This document shows positions 52,186 to 62,635 of a stretch of DNA of 64,000 nt, piece after piece; within the stretch, counting starts at the first letter, position 1, and the number at the start of each line of letters is the position of its first letter. The stretch comes from Octopus sinensis. Its lineage: Eukaryota. The notes below the pieces were generated by a model. It was not told the DNA's origin. It ran no database searches and was given only the letters and a program-made list of their open reading frames with translations. The translations under genes and the position numbers were made by a program. The stretch lies in NCBI RefSeq assembly GCF_006345805.1, contig NC_043003.1:47120001-47184000 (forward strand), in the 5' to 3' direction.

Positions 52186-53329
52186 CGTTAGATTAATTTT
52201 GAAATGATGAATGCTTTATTCAAGAGGGGCTTGGAACATAAATTTATGAGGAATTTTGATGGAAGGTTTCAGTTTAGATCAGTCTAAGACAGGAAGTTTG
52301 TATCATAGAACCAGAAGCGATATCGGCTGGTTGCTTTCAAAGGGGTAAATACACTTCACTTGATATTTCAATTTAGCTGACTAATCGTAGATCCACCAGT
52401 TTTGTAACGGCGTTGCCCGACACAAATACGTTTCATCTACTACTCTTCTACGGCGGCTATGCACAAGGCCGGATTTAGATTTGTTGACGCCCTAAGCAAG
52501 CTAAACTTCCTCTTTACATTTTTTACAAAGATGAAAAACTACAAATGTAAGAATGAAATGTTTATTACAAAAAAAAAATAAGCAAAAAAGTTCAGCCAAC
52601 AGCCAAGAGATATTGTATTTTTAAGATAAAAAGTTATTTAGGATTTTGGTGGGAACCAGCAGATTTTCTGAACTAGAAGAGCCAGGTTAGGAATCTATAC
52701 CATAAGTGAGGGGCAAACTGCAAATGTATGAGTACCTGTGGAACTACAGCTATGTTGAGAAAAATAAATTTTTTATTTTAAGAATTCACCTGCCAATAAT
52801 TTACAATGGATTACAGGCCCGACATAATTATTCGGGACTGAAAGGAAAATTTGTGCACAGTTATAGACGTTAATTACCCTGCATATGTGACCATCTCTTC
52901 CGAAATTAACGAGAAGGGAGAATAACTGTGGATAGTTACTTCGAAACCTGCAACTTCTCAATCCTGCGTATAAATTTACATCTATAACAACATGAATGTG
53001 CACTCGGTTATGTTAGTAAATACCTATGTCAGAATTTGAAGAAGCTACGATTTTCAAGCAAAGAAAGAGAACAGCTACCAAGAACTTCACAGATATAATC
53101 TGTAAGTGAAATAGCAAAAATATGTAAGACTTTCTGAAAGTTCGATATGTAACAATTATCGTTAGTGTTATCCAAATTCCAATGGTGAGATTTTCGTCTC
53201 ATTCTAGAAAAAATACTAACATACATACATACATACATACATACATGCATGCATACAAACAAATATGCATAAACACACATATACATACATAGGTATACAG
53301 ACATACATGTCGCTTTTATCTTCTGCTTG

Positions 53330-53650
53330 TTTCACTCATTGGACTACGGCCATACTGAGACACCACATTGAAGGTTTTTGTCGAAAAGATTAACCCCTGG
53401 CACTTATTCTATCAGTTTTTGCCGAACCGCTAGATTACAAGGCCATAAGCCAACAGATGTCAAGCAGTGGGGGAACACACACACACAAACACATATACAT
53501 CGGGCTTCTTTTAGTTTCCATCCACCAACTCTATTTACAAGGCTTTGGTGGGCCCGGGTCTATAATAGAAGACACTAGTCCAAGTTGCCACGCAGTGGGA
53601 CTGAACCAAAACCTATGTGGTTGAGAATCAAGCTTCTTAACCAGACAGCC
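53330..53650 (-). mobile_element. Type B SINE
   Basis: Reverse-complement family match. Confidence 0.8.
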
Positions 53651-54081
53651 ACACATACATGCATGCATACATACATACATACATACATACATACATACAT
53701 ACATACATACATACATACACACATAGATACATACATACATGTCCTGTTATTATTTTTATTGCATTTGTGTAACCTTATCCGTTTATTTCCGTACTTGTTT
53801 TTGTATACATTCGCTGCTTTCTTCCAAGGAATCTAATGCTCTTAGCTTAGTTTTCCCTTGGGGCTGGCCAGATTGGAGCAATCTCAAGTATAATCAGCCG
53901 AAATTGTGAAGATAATCTGGTACTTGACTGAGGAAAGAAAACTTCGAATGAGCCGTCCTTGGTTTCTTTGTATCGTCTATCTGGATATTTTGTTGTCCCA
54001 TTTTTGTATCACCTAACTGTCCGGATATTTTGCGTTCTTGTCCCATTTTGCATTTTTTATATATATACATACATACATACA

Positions 54082-54115
<34 letters not shown>

Positions 54116-54409
54116 CATGACTGGCTAAGCATCAGACCGAACACTTGAAAGTATTTACTTAGTTCTTTAAACATTTGGGGCGGTGGGGTTGACTTTGTTT
54201 TTCATCTATCCTAGTATCAGTCGATGACTGGTATCGATACAATAGATTATTCTCTCCCTCAAATCAATAAAAAATCGATAAAACTAACCAGCTGCTGACA
54301 CATACCACTGATCACTGGAGGAAAATCAGGCTGTAAATTTAATCTACAGTGGTTTATAGGCGTATAAATGAAAATAGATTTTTCCAGTAGTCTTTTTGCG
54401 TATCAATAG

Positions 54410-54582
54410 ATAGTAGCAACCACATAGTTCCGGGTTCAGTTCCACTGCATGGCACCTTTGGCAAGTGTCTTCTACTGTAGCTTCGGACCCGACCAAAGAC
54501 TTGTCAGTGGATTTGGTTGACGGAAGCTAAAAGAAGCCTGTCGTGTGTGTGTGTGTGTGTGACGGAAGCTAAAAGAAGCCTG

Positions 54583-54630
<48 letters not shown>

Positions 54631-54870
54631 CGGAAGCTAAAAGAAGCCTGTTGTGTGTGTGTGTGTGTGTGTGTTGTGTGTGTGTGTGTGTGTGTGTGCG
54701 TACATGTGTGCGTATGTGTCGCTCCAACAATGCTAGGCAACCGGTGTTGGTGCGTCTAGGTCCCACCGCAACTTGGTGGTTTGGCAAAGGAGATGGATAA
54801 AATAAGTGCCAGTCCCTTAAGAAAAAGAAAAAGAAGTACTGGGATCGATTCGTTCGACTATAATTCTTCA
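54410..54870 (+). mobile_element. Type B SINE with internal triplicated unit
   Basis: GACGGAAGCTAAAAGAAGCCTGTY+(GT)n occurs three times (~54519, ~54561, ~54629). Confidence 0.85.
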
Positions 54871-55369
54871 ATGCGCTGCAGTCTATATATATATAATTGT
54901 CATCTCGGTTCTATTTATATAGAGAGAGATTGTCATCTCGGTTCTATTTTAACAAAACTGTCCGACGAACGGGAACGTGAAACTCCGAGTAACAGTTTTT
55001 GTTAAATTTCTACTGCTTTTAAATAAAGTATATATATATATATATATGTAGGTACGTACATATATGTTTGTATGTATGCATATATTTTATTTATTACACT
55101 ATATATATATGTATATATATGTATGTATGTATGTATGTATTTATATATGTATATATAATGCATGTATATACATATATACTAAAATTAATAATCATATATA
55201 TAAATTATATAATTATACTAAAGGGATCAGGAAATAAACTGCTCCAACATGCTATAAGGCGCCAAAAGGCGCTATAAGCCACTCGATATCATTAACATGA
55301 TTTTATCCTGGTTTCTATGAAGTATATATGAAGTTTTATCACGGCTACTGAACAATTGTCACGTTATAT

Positions 55370-55375
55370 TTACAG

Positions 55376-55407
<32 letters not shown>

Positions 55408-55412
55408 GTATG

Positions 55413-55444
<32 letters not shown>

Positions 55445-55525
55445 TGTATATGTATGTATGTATGTATGTATGTAGTATGTATGTATGTATATATGTATAT
55501 ATAGATAGATAGATAGATAGATAGC

Positions 55526-55606
<81 letters not shown>

Positions 55607-55760
55607 GTTCATGATATAACATGTTCTATAATGAATCCTGACGTTAGGCCAAGCGATATTCGTACAGGAAATAAAATATGTTGTATGTGTGTAGATAGAA
55701 AGAAAGAAAGAAAGAAAGAAAAAAGAAAAAAAGAAGGAAAGAAAGAAAGAAAGAAAATGA
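55370..55760. repeat. Compound (TA)(TATG)(GATA)(GAAA) microsatellite block upstream of the ATF4 promoter
   Basis: Direct reading. Confidence 0.95.
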
Positions 55761-55920
55761 ATGAGAAAATGCAGACAGAGTATGAAGAATGAATAATAGA
55801 AGAATGCCAGGATAAGAAAAACATTAGCGCGAAAAATTATGAGGATAGAAAAGATATGTGTGTGCGTGTGAGTGTGTGTGTAAGTGTCATAAATTAACAC
55901 CCACTTACATGTTCCCTAAA

Positions 55921-55969
<49 letters not shown>

Positions 55970-56017
55970 ACATGTATATCACATAAGTATGTATAAATTT
56001 TATTTTTGGGTGAGACA

Positions 56018-56060
56018 CCAATTGGCCAATCAGTTAAAAGGCTTTCATGTTATTGCATCA
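56018..56060 (+). promoter_or_regulatory. CCAAT boxes and a C/EBP-ATF (CARE/AARE) element
   Basis: CCAATTGGCCAATCAG (56018-56033, includes NF-Y consensus GGCCAATCAG); ATTGCATCA (56052-56060) = reverse TGATGCAAT. Confidence 0.6.
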
Positions 56061-56248
56061 GCCTGCATACATAACACCGATATAAACACGCGAAAACAAA
56101 TAGTGCCAAATATATTACTCTATTTTACAACTTAAAAACTTGTACTTTTGTTGTTATTTTGTAATTATAATAATTGATTAGTCAATTTTTGAGAAATTTT
56201 TTGTGTCTTTTGTAGAAATTTTCAATATCACGAAAATTTGGATCTAGC

Positions 56249-56284
56249 TATATAAGTAAGACGTCGCACTAATTTCACCACTTC
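56249..56284 (+). promoter_or_regulatory. ATF4 core promoter: TATA box and initiator (predicted TSS 56280)
   Basis: TATATAAG at 56249-56256; CCA(+1)CTTC matches YYANWYY with the A 31 nt after the first T of the TATA box. Confidence 0.72.
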
Positions 56285-56320
56285 ACTGCCTACATTGTCA
56301 TTAACAAGTTTGCTCCAAAG

Positions 56321-56332
56321 ATGTCTCACTAA
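56321..56332 (+). promoter_or_regulatory. ATF4 uORF1 (M-S-H-stop)
   Basis: AAAG ATG TCT CAC TAA, A at -3; the first ATG after the predicted TSS. Confidence 0.8.
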
Positions 56333-59134
56333 TTTCTTCTGTAGCAACTTTCTAGTTGCGAAGTTTAGCTTTGCACAATGGCGTAAGTAGTATTTTATTA
56401 TTATATTTTCACACTCATATGTTGTATTATGAACAAAAGGCGATAATAATACATTAAAATTGAATATTTTGCTTCGTTGATCTTCCTGTTCGGCGATCTT
56501 AAACATAGTATAATCTCATTACCACCCGAGCGCGCTATTGTAATTAAGACATTACGTGGCAGAATCTATAGAACAAAGGACGAAATGCCTCGCGATATTC
56601 TTTTAATGTATTTTGATTTCAAATTCTACTGTTTGATCTAGATATTAACCCTGTGATCATATTTGCCTCTGCTATTGATCCGCTCCACCCCCACCCTATC
56701 GTTGTTCACAGCAACCAATGTCCGATTAAATTTATGAACATCCAGAGTAGATTTCTTGAACGAGAACTTACAAATACGATGACCTATATAAATCGCCTTT
56801 TAATATATAATAAAAATGATCAAGAATTATCGATTTGTCTACTTTGACATTTTCATTTTCACCTCGAAATCGTTTTCTAGTGCAGTTAAAATGTAATAAA
56901 ATATGGTCCTTATGATTCTGAAATCAAACAAACTCGCCCCGCCAAAAAATGCTTTGCTTATTTTATTTTCCTTCCTTAAAATGGTTGTATATTTACAGGT
57001 TCGAAAATCTATGTAAAAAAAAAAAAAAACAACTTCCTAATTTCATAAAACATCTTCAGCATTCCGATGTTCCTTCTTACATTCCCATGTTTCTCCGCCT
57101 TTTTTTTTATTTCTGTATTAATATAAACCTCGAGAAATTCTCTATAGTATTTTCATTAAATTTCTTCATATCTCTGTGTGTGTGTGCGCGTGTGGAAAAT
57201 CGTGTGAAACGTACAGGTTAATGTCCTGTGATACTGGCTTTCAGTAATGCAGACGAGCTGATTTGGGTTTAAATGGTAGAGTTACTTGCTTTGCACACGT
57301 GTCGTTCCTGCGAAGTTAATGACTTCATTGCGGCTATCGCTTTGTTAGCCATGCGCATGATTTTTTTTTTTTTTTTTTGTGGTTGGGGGCTCAATAAATT
57401 AATCTAGTTGTCGATAAAATCAAAGAATGATTATCAATATTCGTTTAATGTTCAGCTAGTGCTTGTCTGGATGATTTTTGAGGAAGCTTTTTATATTCTG
57501 TTTGTGTGTATGGGATTGGCCTTTCTGGGTTATAAATATGCGTTTTAATCTCCTGTTCATAAAAATCCAAGAATAGACGTAAATAATGGCCTGAAAATAT
57601 GGATTTTAATATAAAGCACCTAGGATCTGAGGGAGCCTCTTGAGGGTCATTCGACTTGCTTGAAATAACCAAATCTCGCTCAGCCGTTTAAAAAAAGGGG
57701 ACATACTGAATGGTGTGGTTTTGATCTATGCTCTGTTCGATTAAGGTTTAATCTACAAAGTCTTTACGTGATCATTTGATCTGCTAGAAATAATAGCCAA
57801 CGCTATTATTTCTATCATACTTAAAAATCCGAATGACAATTTGCTTGAACCCTTTGAAAAGATAGTTTCGAATGGACTGCTTTTAGTCTTCGCATATACT
57901 GAGCCGAATTAACTAGGCTAATACAACTATAGTCTTTGGTTTTTATTATACATGATGTGCTTATATAATGATGCTGAATTAAGATCATTTTAAAACAATG
58001 TGTAATTACTATAAAAGGGAAACAAAGTGGAATGCGAAGCCCGCCTAGTGGTGTGTCAGTATGTATGCGCGTACCGCCACAATTTTTTTTTTAATTCTGA
58101 TTTAATCGTAATCTACTGCATCTTAAAGTTATTGTAAGAAATTTCATCTAAAAAATAGCAATTTTTTTCTCAACGAAAGTCGAGGGACACACTTGTATGG
58201 ATATACCATACCTGTATTATATGCGGCTACGTCACATGCGGTAGGACAGGCTCCATGACCTTTACAAAAGAAGCTCAGTTCATTGATTATATACTCGAAG
58301 CGGAGAGGCCTGATACATAGTGCTTGCAATTAGAGTCTATTCCGCCGAAGCTATTCCAAGTAGTAGTGTTAAGCCGGACGACGGACTAAATCTGACGCTT
58401 GCGAGCAATTTAAGATTTCTTCTGAATGCGATCAAACCTGGAACAACACAATTGGGAAGCGTACTAATTAAACGATACAGTCATGCTTGTATCTATTTTG
58501 CACTTTGTAAAGACAGTCAATTTCATTAGATATTGTTATTCAGTTGCAGTCAACGAGCACAACTGATCTACGAAGTCGCTCGTCCTTCGAGTAGCTTTCA
58601 ATCCTCATCACCTTATCTTAAAAACGGAAAGATATATTGGACGTCATCTTGAATAGCATTTCTGAAAATTTAGCTTGGATGAAATACTAAGACATATGTC
58701 TACTTAAGGAGAGAAGTAATCTGGGATCAAACTAAAGTAATAAAGTACAATAAATGAAATGAAACAATCTTAATTCCGATCTTCGCATGTATAATAAATG
58801 TTATGATCGCCTCCCTCTCTCATTACACTCAAGAATATATTTAGACACGTGTAATTGTATAATATCTAGTGTGTGATTTAGGCCAACTAGCTCAAATAAC
58901 GTTGGATATCATCTAATAATACCAAAAAGCTGTTTGGTTCTGAAAATAATGGGTTCTCTGACTTGAATGGAATGTTTTGTTCATCATTCAATATGGAGAT
59001 GGCGGGGGAGTTAGTACGCGTGTCTGTGTGCTCGCGTGTTTGGTTTATATTTAACTTTACTGACAAGATAGCGTGTCTGTGTGTTTCGCCAATGATAAGG
59101 TAGCCTACGCTGTGAAATAATGTTAAAAAGCTCA

Positions 59135-59400
59135 CTTTGCGACCACGTAGTTCCGGGTTCAGTCCCTCTGCCCGCTACCTTGGGCAAGTGTATTCTGCTA
59201 CAGAGTGAATTTGGTAGACGGAAACTGTATGGAAGCTCGTGAATAGATGCATATGCTTGCTTACCCCCTGTCGCTTGAAAACCGGTGTTGGTTTGTTTAC
59301 GTCTCCCTTAACTAGGCGGTTCGGCAAAAAATCGATAGAATTTTTACTGGGGTCGATTTATTGGATTTTAAAAAAAAAATATCTTCAAAGTGCTCCACGT
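59135..59400 (+). mobile_element. Degenerate type B SINE in ATF4 intron 1
   Basis: ACCACGTAGTTCCGGGTTCAGTCCC...TTGGGCAAGTGT...GCGGTTCGGCAAAA. Confidence 0.8.
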
Positions 59401-60091
59401 CAGATAATTTCGTAGCAATGATGCTGATATTTCTCTCAATAGTGCCGTTGATATATAAGCGGTGTACCATGACGTTGGCTGCTGGCTATCGACGTGTCTT
59501 TTTAATTATTCCTTACTGTATTGTGACGACGCTTGCAACGTGTTGATATGTCTTTTAACGAAGACACTACGTTAGCAAAAAACACTTTTGACTAAAAACA
59601 AAAATCCAACAAAGGAACCTTGACGTGGCGTAAGACATCACCGTATTTTGTGTTTAGCTTGCAGGACTCTTCTCAAGAGTAGCTTCCCTTTGGCCATATT
59701 AATTACATTGCATCTGCTTCCAATCGAGAAAAATTGTTCCGTTGCAAACCACTCTTTGAAGATTTGCCGATTCTTTGTAGAACTTCCCTCCCCATCTGAT
59801 ATTGTTGTTTCCTAAATAGTGATTCGAACATGTTTCCCAATTGCAATGTTAGCTGGTTTAGTAAAATATTTCCCGTCTGGCATCACTGGAGGTGAGTACA
59901 TTCATTGAACTTGTGTAATTGTATTGGTTTTTATTTATTAGTCTTCTTAGGAAACTCTGTAAATCTTCATTGGTAAAATGTTAGCAGGTTCGGATTGCAA
60001 GAGAAAGATTTTCTTTTTAATGTTGTCATTGCATTGTTTTATATCATGGTTTATTCAGACTGACTTTTTCTCTGTTGCAGGTCTCTCCAAT

Positions 60092-60133
60092 ATGTTTGCG
60101 TTTTGGCATTTGCCACCGAAATATCTCATATAG
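60092..60133 (+). promoter_or_regulatory. uORF3 (MFAFWHLPPKYLI-stop), in frame with the CDS
   Basis: ATG at 60092 with A at -3; TAG 60131-60133 is directly followed by in-frame ATG 60134. Confidence 0.65.
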
Positions 60134-60151
60134 ATGATAACCGAAAGAAAC

Positions 60152-60305
60152 ATGGATATGGAACTGAACGATTCCGGACTCGACTGGTTGGGCGAGGGAA
60201 GACAGGGTATGGGTTTGATGAAAGGTGACGTAATGGACATCGGTACTTTTGTTGATTCTTTGTCAGATCCAAAATCCTTTCCTGACGAAAGGGCGAATGA
60301 CTTAG
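60152..60305 (+). CDS. ATF4: ATF4 first coding exon (exon 2 = 60081-60305)
   Basis: Branch-like CTGAC + polypyrimidine TTGCAG acceptor at 60080; AAC ATG G strong Kozak; MDMELNDSGLDWLGE...DERANDL; donor G|GTAAGT at 60305/60306; phase-1 join G|AT gives Asp in frame with exon 3. An alternative weak in-frame ATG lies at 60134. Confidence 0.85.
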
Positions 60306-60879
60306 GTAAGTTCTTTAGACCAACTGCTCAACTGTTGTAACAAACAATGCAAGAAATTCAGACTTTGACATGTTTGTTTTGGCTTAAAAGATGTTAATTA
60401 TAATTGTGAATTTTTTGTCTTCTGTTAATGTAATAAAATTTACAGCTCACTTAAAATAATTTGAGATAGGATAATTGCACATAGCTTGAATGCTATTGAA
60501 TTTGGCATGATAGTATAAAAGATAATTGCATTGATCATTCAGGGAAGAGTTTTCAGTTTAGCTAGACTTTCAGCAAAGCTTACTTGCAAATATTAGTTGG
60601 GTTAAATAGAATTTATAGAAAAGCACTAAAGCGATTAAAATACAGTTAAGTATCTGCTAACATAGTATATTCTTTACTTAGTTTCTTAAACAAGATCGAG
60701 TTGTATTCATAGAAGCTTTGCTTTGTTGGTCAGTACTGATGCTATTCATTCCTCTATATGGATACTTGTCTAGCTGTCAGTCTCTTAATTAGTATTAGGT
60801 TCTTATCTTTAAATAAAATTGCTCTTTTATTCTCTGTAATGTTACATGCTCTCACACTCTTTTCTTTCTTTCTTTACAG

Positions 60880-61826
60880 ATATATTTCTTTATGATAAAG
60901 AAACTTTACCGTCTGATTTTACTGCCTCTGTCAACAATGTCAGTGGCAGAAATATGTATCCTCTGGGTGATTCTTTCCTTGACTACTCATCTCTTCAACT
61001 GAGCCAGGATGTGGAAACATTTGCATCCTTTGATCACCAAAGCTATGAAGAACTTATGTCTTCACCATTATCATGCCATGATTTAGAAAGCGTGCTTAAT
61101 CCTGATGTGACAACAAATGACCTTCAGGCCAAGCCAGTACAGCCCTGCACAGATTTGCCACATCAAGTCAGTGAAGATGGGCTGTTGGCAAGCAGCGTGG
61201 GATTAGTGAAAAGTGACAGTGACAGTTCAGATGCCTTTTCATCTTCACTTGGCCATTCAGGAATTGCAAATACCCTTTCACCTTCATCTAGCGATTCTGG
61301 AACTGACTCCTATTATCTTGATAGTTCTCCTTCAAGCACCACTGGCTTCTCATCTCAGCCTGGCTCTCCCTTTTCACTAGAGATACTTCCCTCTCCCTTC
61401 CCACAACCAGAGATACTCTCAGACTCTCCACAGCCAGAAAAGTTTCAGGGAAAAGTTAAGGGATCTAAGTCGTGTCGTACAAAGAATAACAACCGCCACA
61501 GTCCATATAATTCAGACAGCAAAAGTACCGAGTCACCATCATTACCGCCATCATCACCGTTGCCGTACGATAGCACTGCAGGGGTAGAACAGCAACAGCT
61601 CAGCAAGAAAGAACGGAAGAGGCTCCAGAACAAAAACGCTGCCATTCGGTATCGGCAGAAGATGAAAGCTGAGGCCAAGATAAGACTTGGTGAAGAGGAA
61701 GAACTGTTAAAAGAGAACGCAAAATTGAAAGAAAAGGTTGAAGACTTGGAAAGAGAGATCAGGTATGTGGCTAACTTGATGGAAGAGGTGAAGAAAGCAA
61801 GGTCAAAATCATCTCAGCACTGTTAG
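60880..61826 (+). CDS. ATF4: ATF4/CREB2/cryptocephal-family bZIP transcription factor, last coding exon (spliced CDS 1101 nt, 366 aa)
   Basis: Acceptor TTTCTTTACAG|A at 60879/60880. Acidic/Ser-rich body, DSGTDS degron-like motif, RHSPY motif, and C-terminal bZIP KKERKRLQNKNAAIRYRQKMKAE...LKEKVEDLEREIRYVANLMEEV closely matching ATF4/5 (NKxAAxRYRQK). Confidence 0.95.
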
Positions 61827-61961
61827 AGCTTTCTGCCATCACAACCAACAGCCACTGCACCCTGCGCTGTGCTAGAAACTACTATGATCACATTAGTTTG
61901 GTGTTTTTGTTGTTTTTATTATTATTATTATTATTATTTATGTGAAACTTTGCTTTGTTAA

Positions 61962-62193
61962 AATAAATTAGTAGTCATTGTGAACATTACATATATGCTA
62001 GTGGACCATTTTATTTTGTTTTCATCTCCTTTTGGTAACGGTTCAACTAATTCACACCAATACTAATGTGCATTGTAAGAACTGAACATTATACCCATTA
62101 CTTAGTGAATTAAATTTTTTTTTCTCTCTCTCATCACTACTTAATATTCTATATTATTCATTTGTGTACTATGATATCATAAATAGGAATAAA
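61962..62193 (+). terminator. Candidate ATF4 polyadenylation signals
   Basis: AATAAA at 61962-61967 and 62188-62193 in an AU-rich 3' UTR; which one is used is unknown. Confidence 0.5.
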
Positions 62194-62324
62194 AGGCATT
62201 TATGTTAACAGATTGGCTGTCGTGGTTTTTTTGATAGCTGTTGAAAATCTTCATGTATTTGATGTTGGAAATAGAGCTTCAAAGGACAAATTGTTATCTA
62301 CGTTCTATGTGTTGTGTAGGCATA

Positions 62325-62635
62325 CGAGGGGATGTGTGGTAAGTAGCTTGCTGACGAACCACATGTTTCCGGGTTCAGTTCCACTGCGTGGCATCTTTGG
62401 CAAGTGTCTTCTACTATAGCCTTAGGCTGACCAAAGCCTTGTGAGTGGATTTGGTAGACAAACTGAAAGAAGCCTGTCATATATGTGTGTCTGTGTATGT
62501 CCACCCAACATCGCTTGACAACCGATGGTGGTGTGTTTACGTCCCCGTAACTTGGCAGTTCAGCAAAAGAGACCGATAGAATAAGTACTAGGCTTACAAA
62601 GAATGTCTCAGGGCCGATTTGCTCGACCAAAGGCT
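62325..62635 (+). mobile_element. Type B SINE downstream of ATF4
   Basis: GTGTGGTAAGTAGCTTGC...GGTTCAGTTCC...TGGATTTGGTAGAC family match. Confidence 0.87.

Larger units (their letters stand above)
56378..60228 (+). promoter_or_regulatory. ATF4 uORF2, spliced (56378-56382 + 60081-60228), 50 aa, overlapping the CDS out of frame
   Basis: ACA ATG GC|gtaagt ... ttgcag|G TCT CTC CAA ... AGG TGA gives MASLQYVCVLAFATEISHIDDNRKKHGYGTERFRTRLVGRGKTGYGFDER. No stop until 60226; overlaps the main ATG 60152 by 77 nt. Confidence 0.82.

Noticed and set aside
56228-56506. 92-aa antisense ORF over the ATF4 promoter and exon 1
   Set aside because: No domain or codon-level support; expected by chance in AT-rich unique sequence.
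60846-60879. ORF-track start (MLSHSFLSFFT) for ATF4
   Set aside because: It is the polypyrimidine tract/acceptor of intron 2; the real N-terminus comes from exon 2 by an in-frame phase-1 splice.
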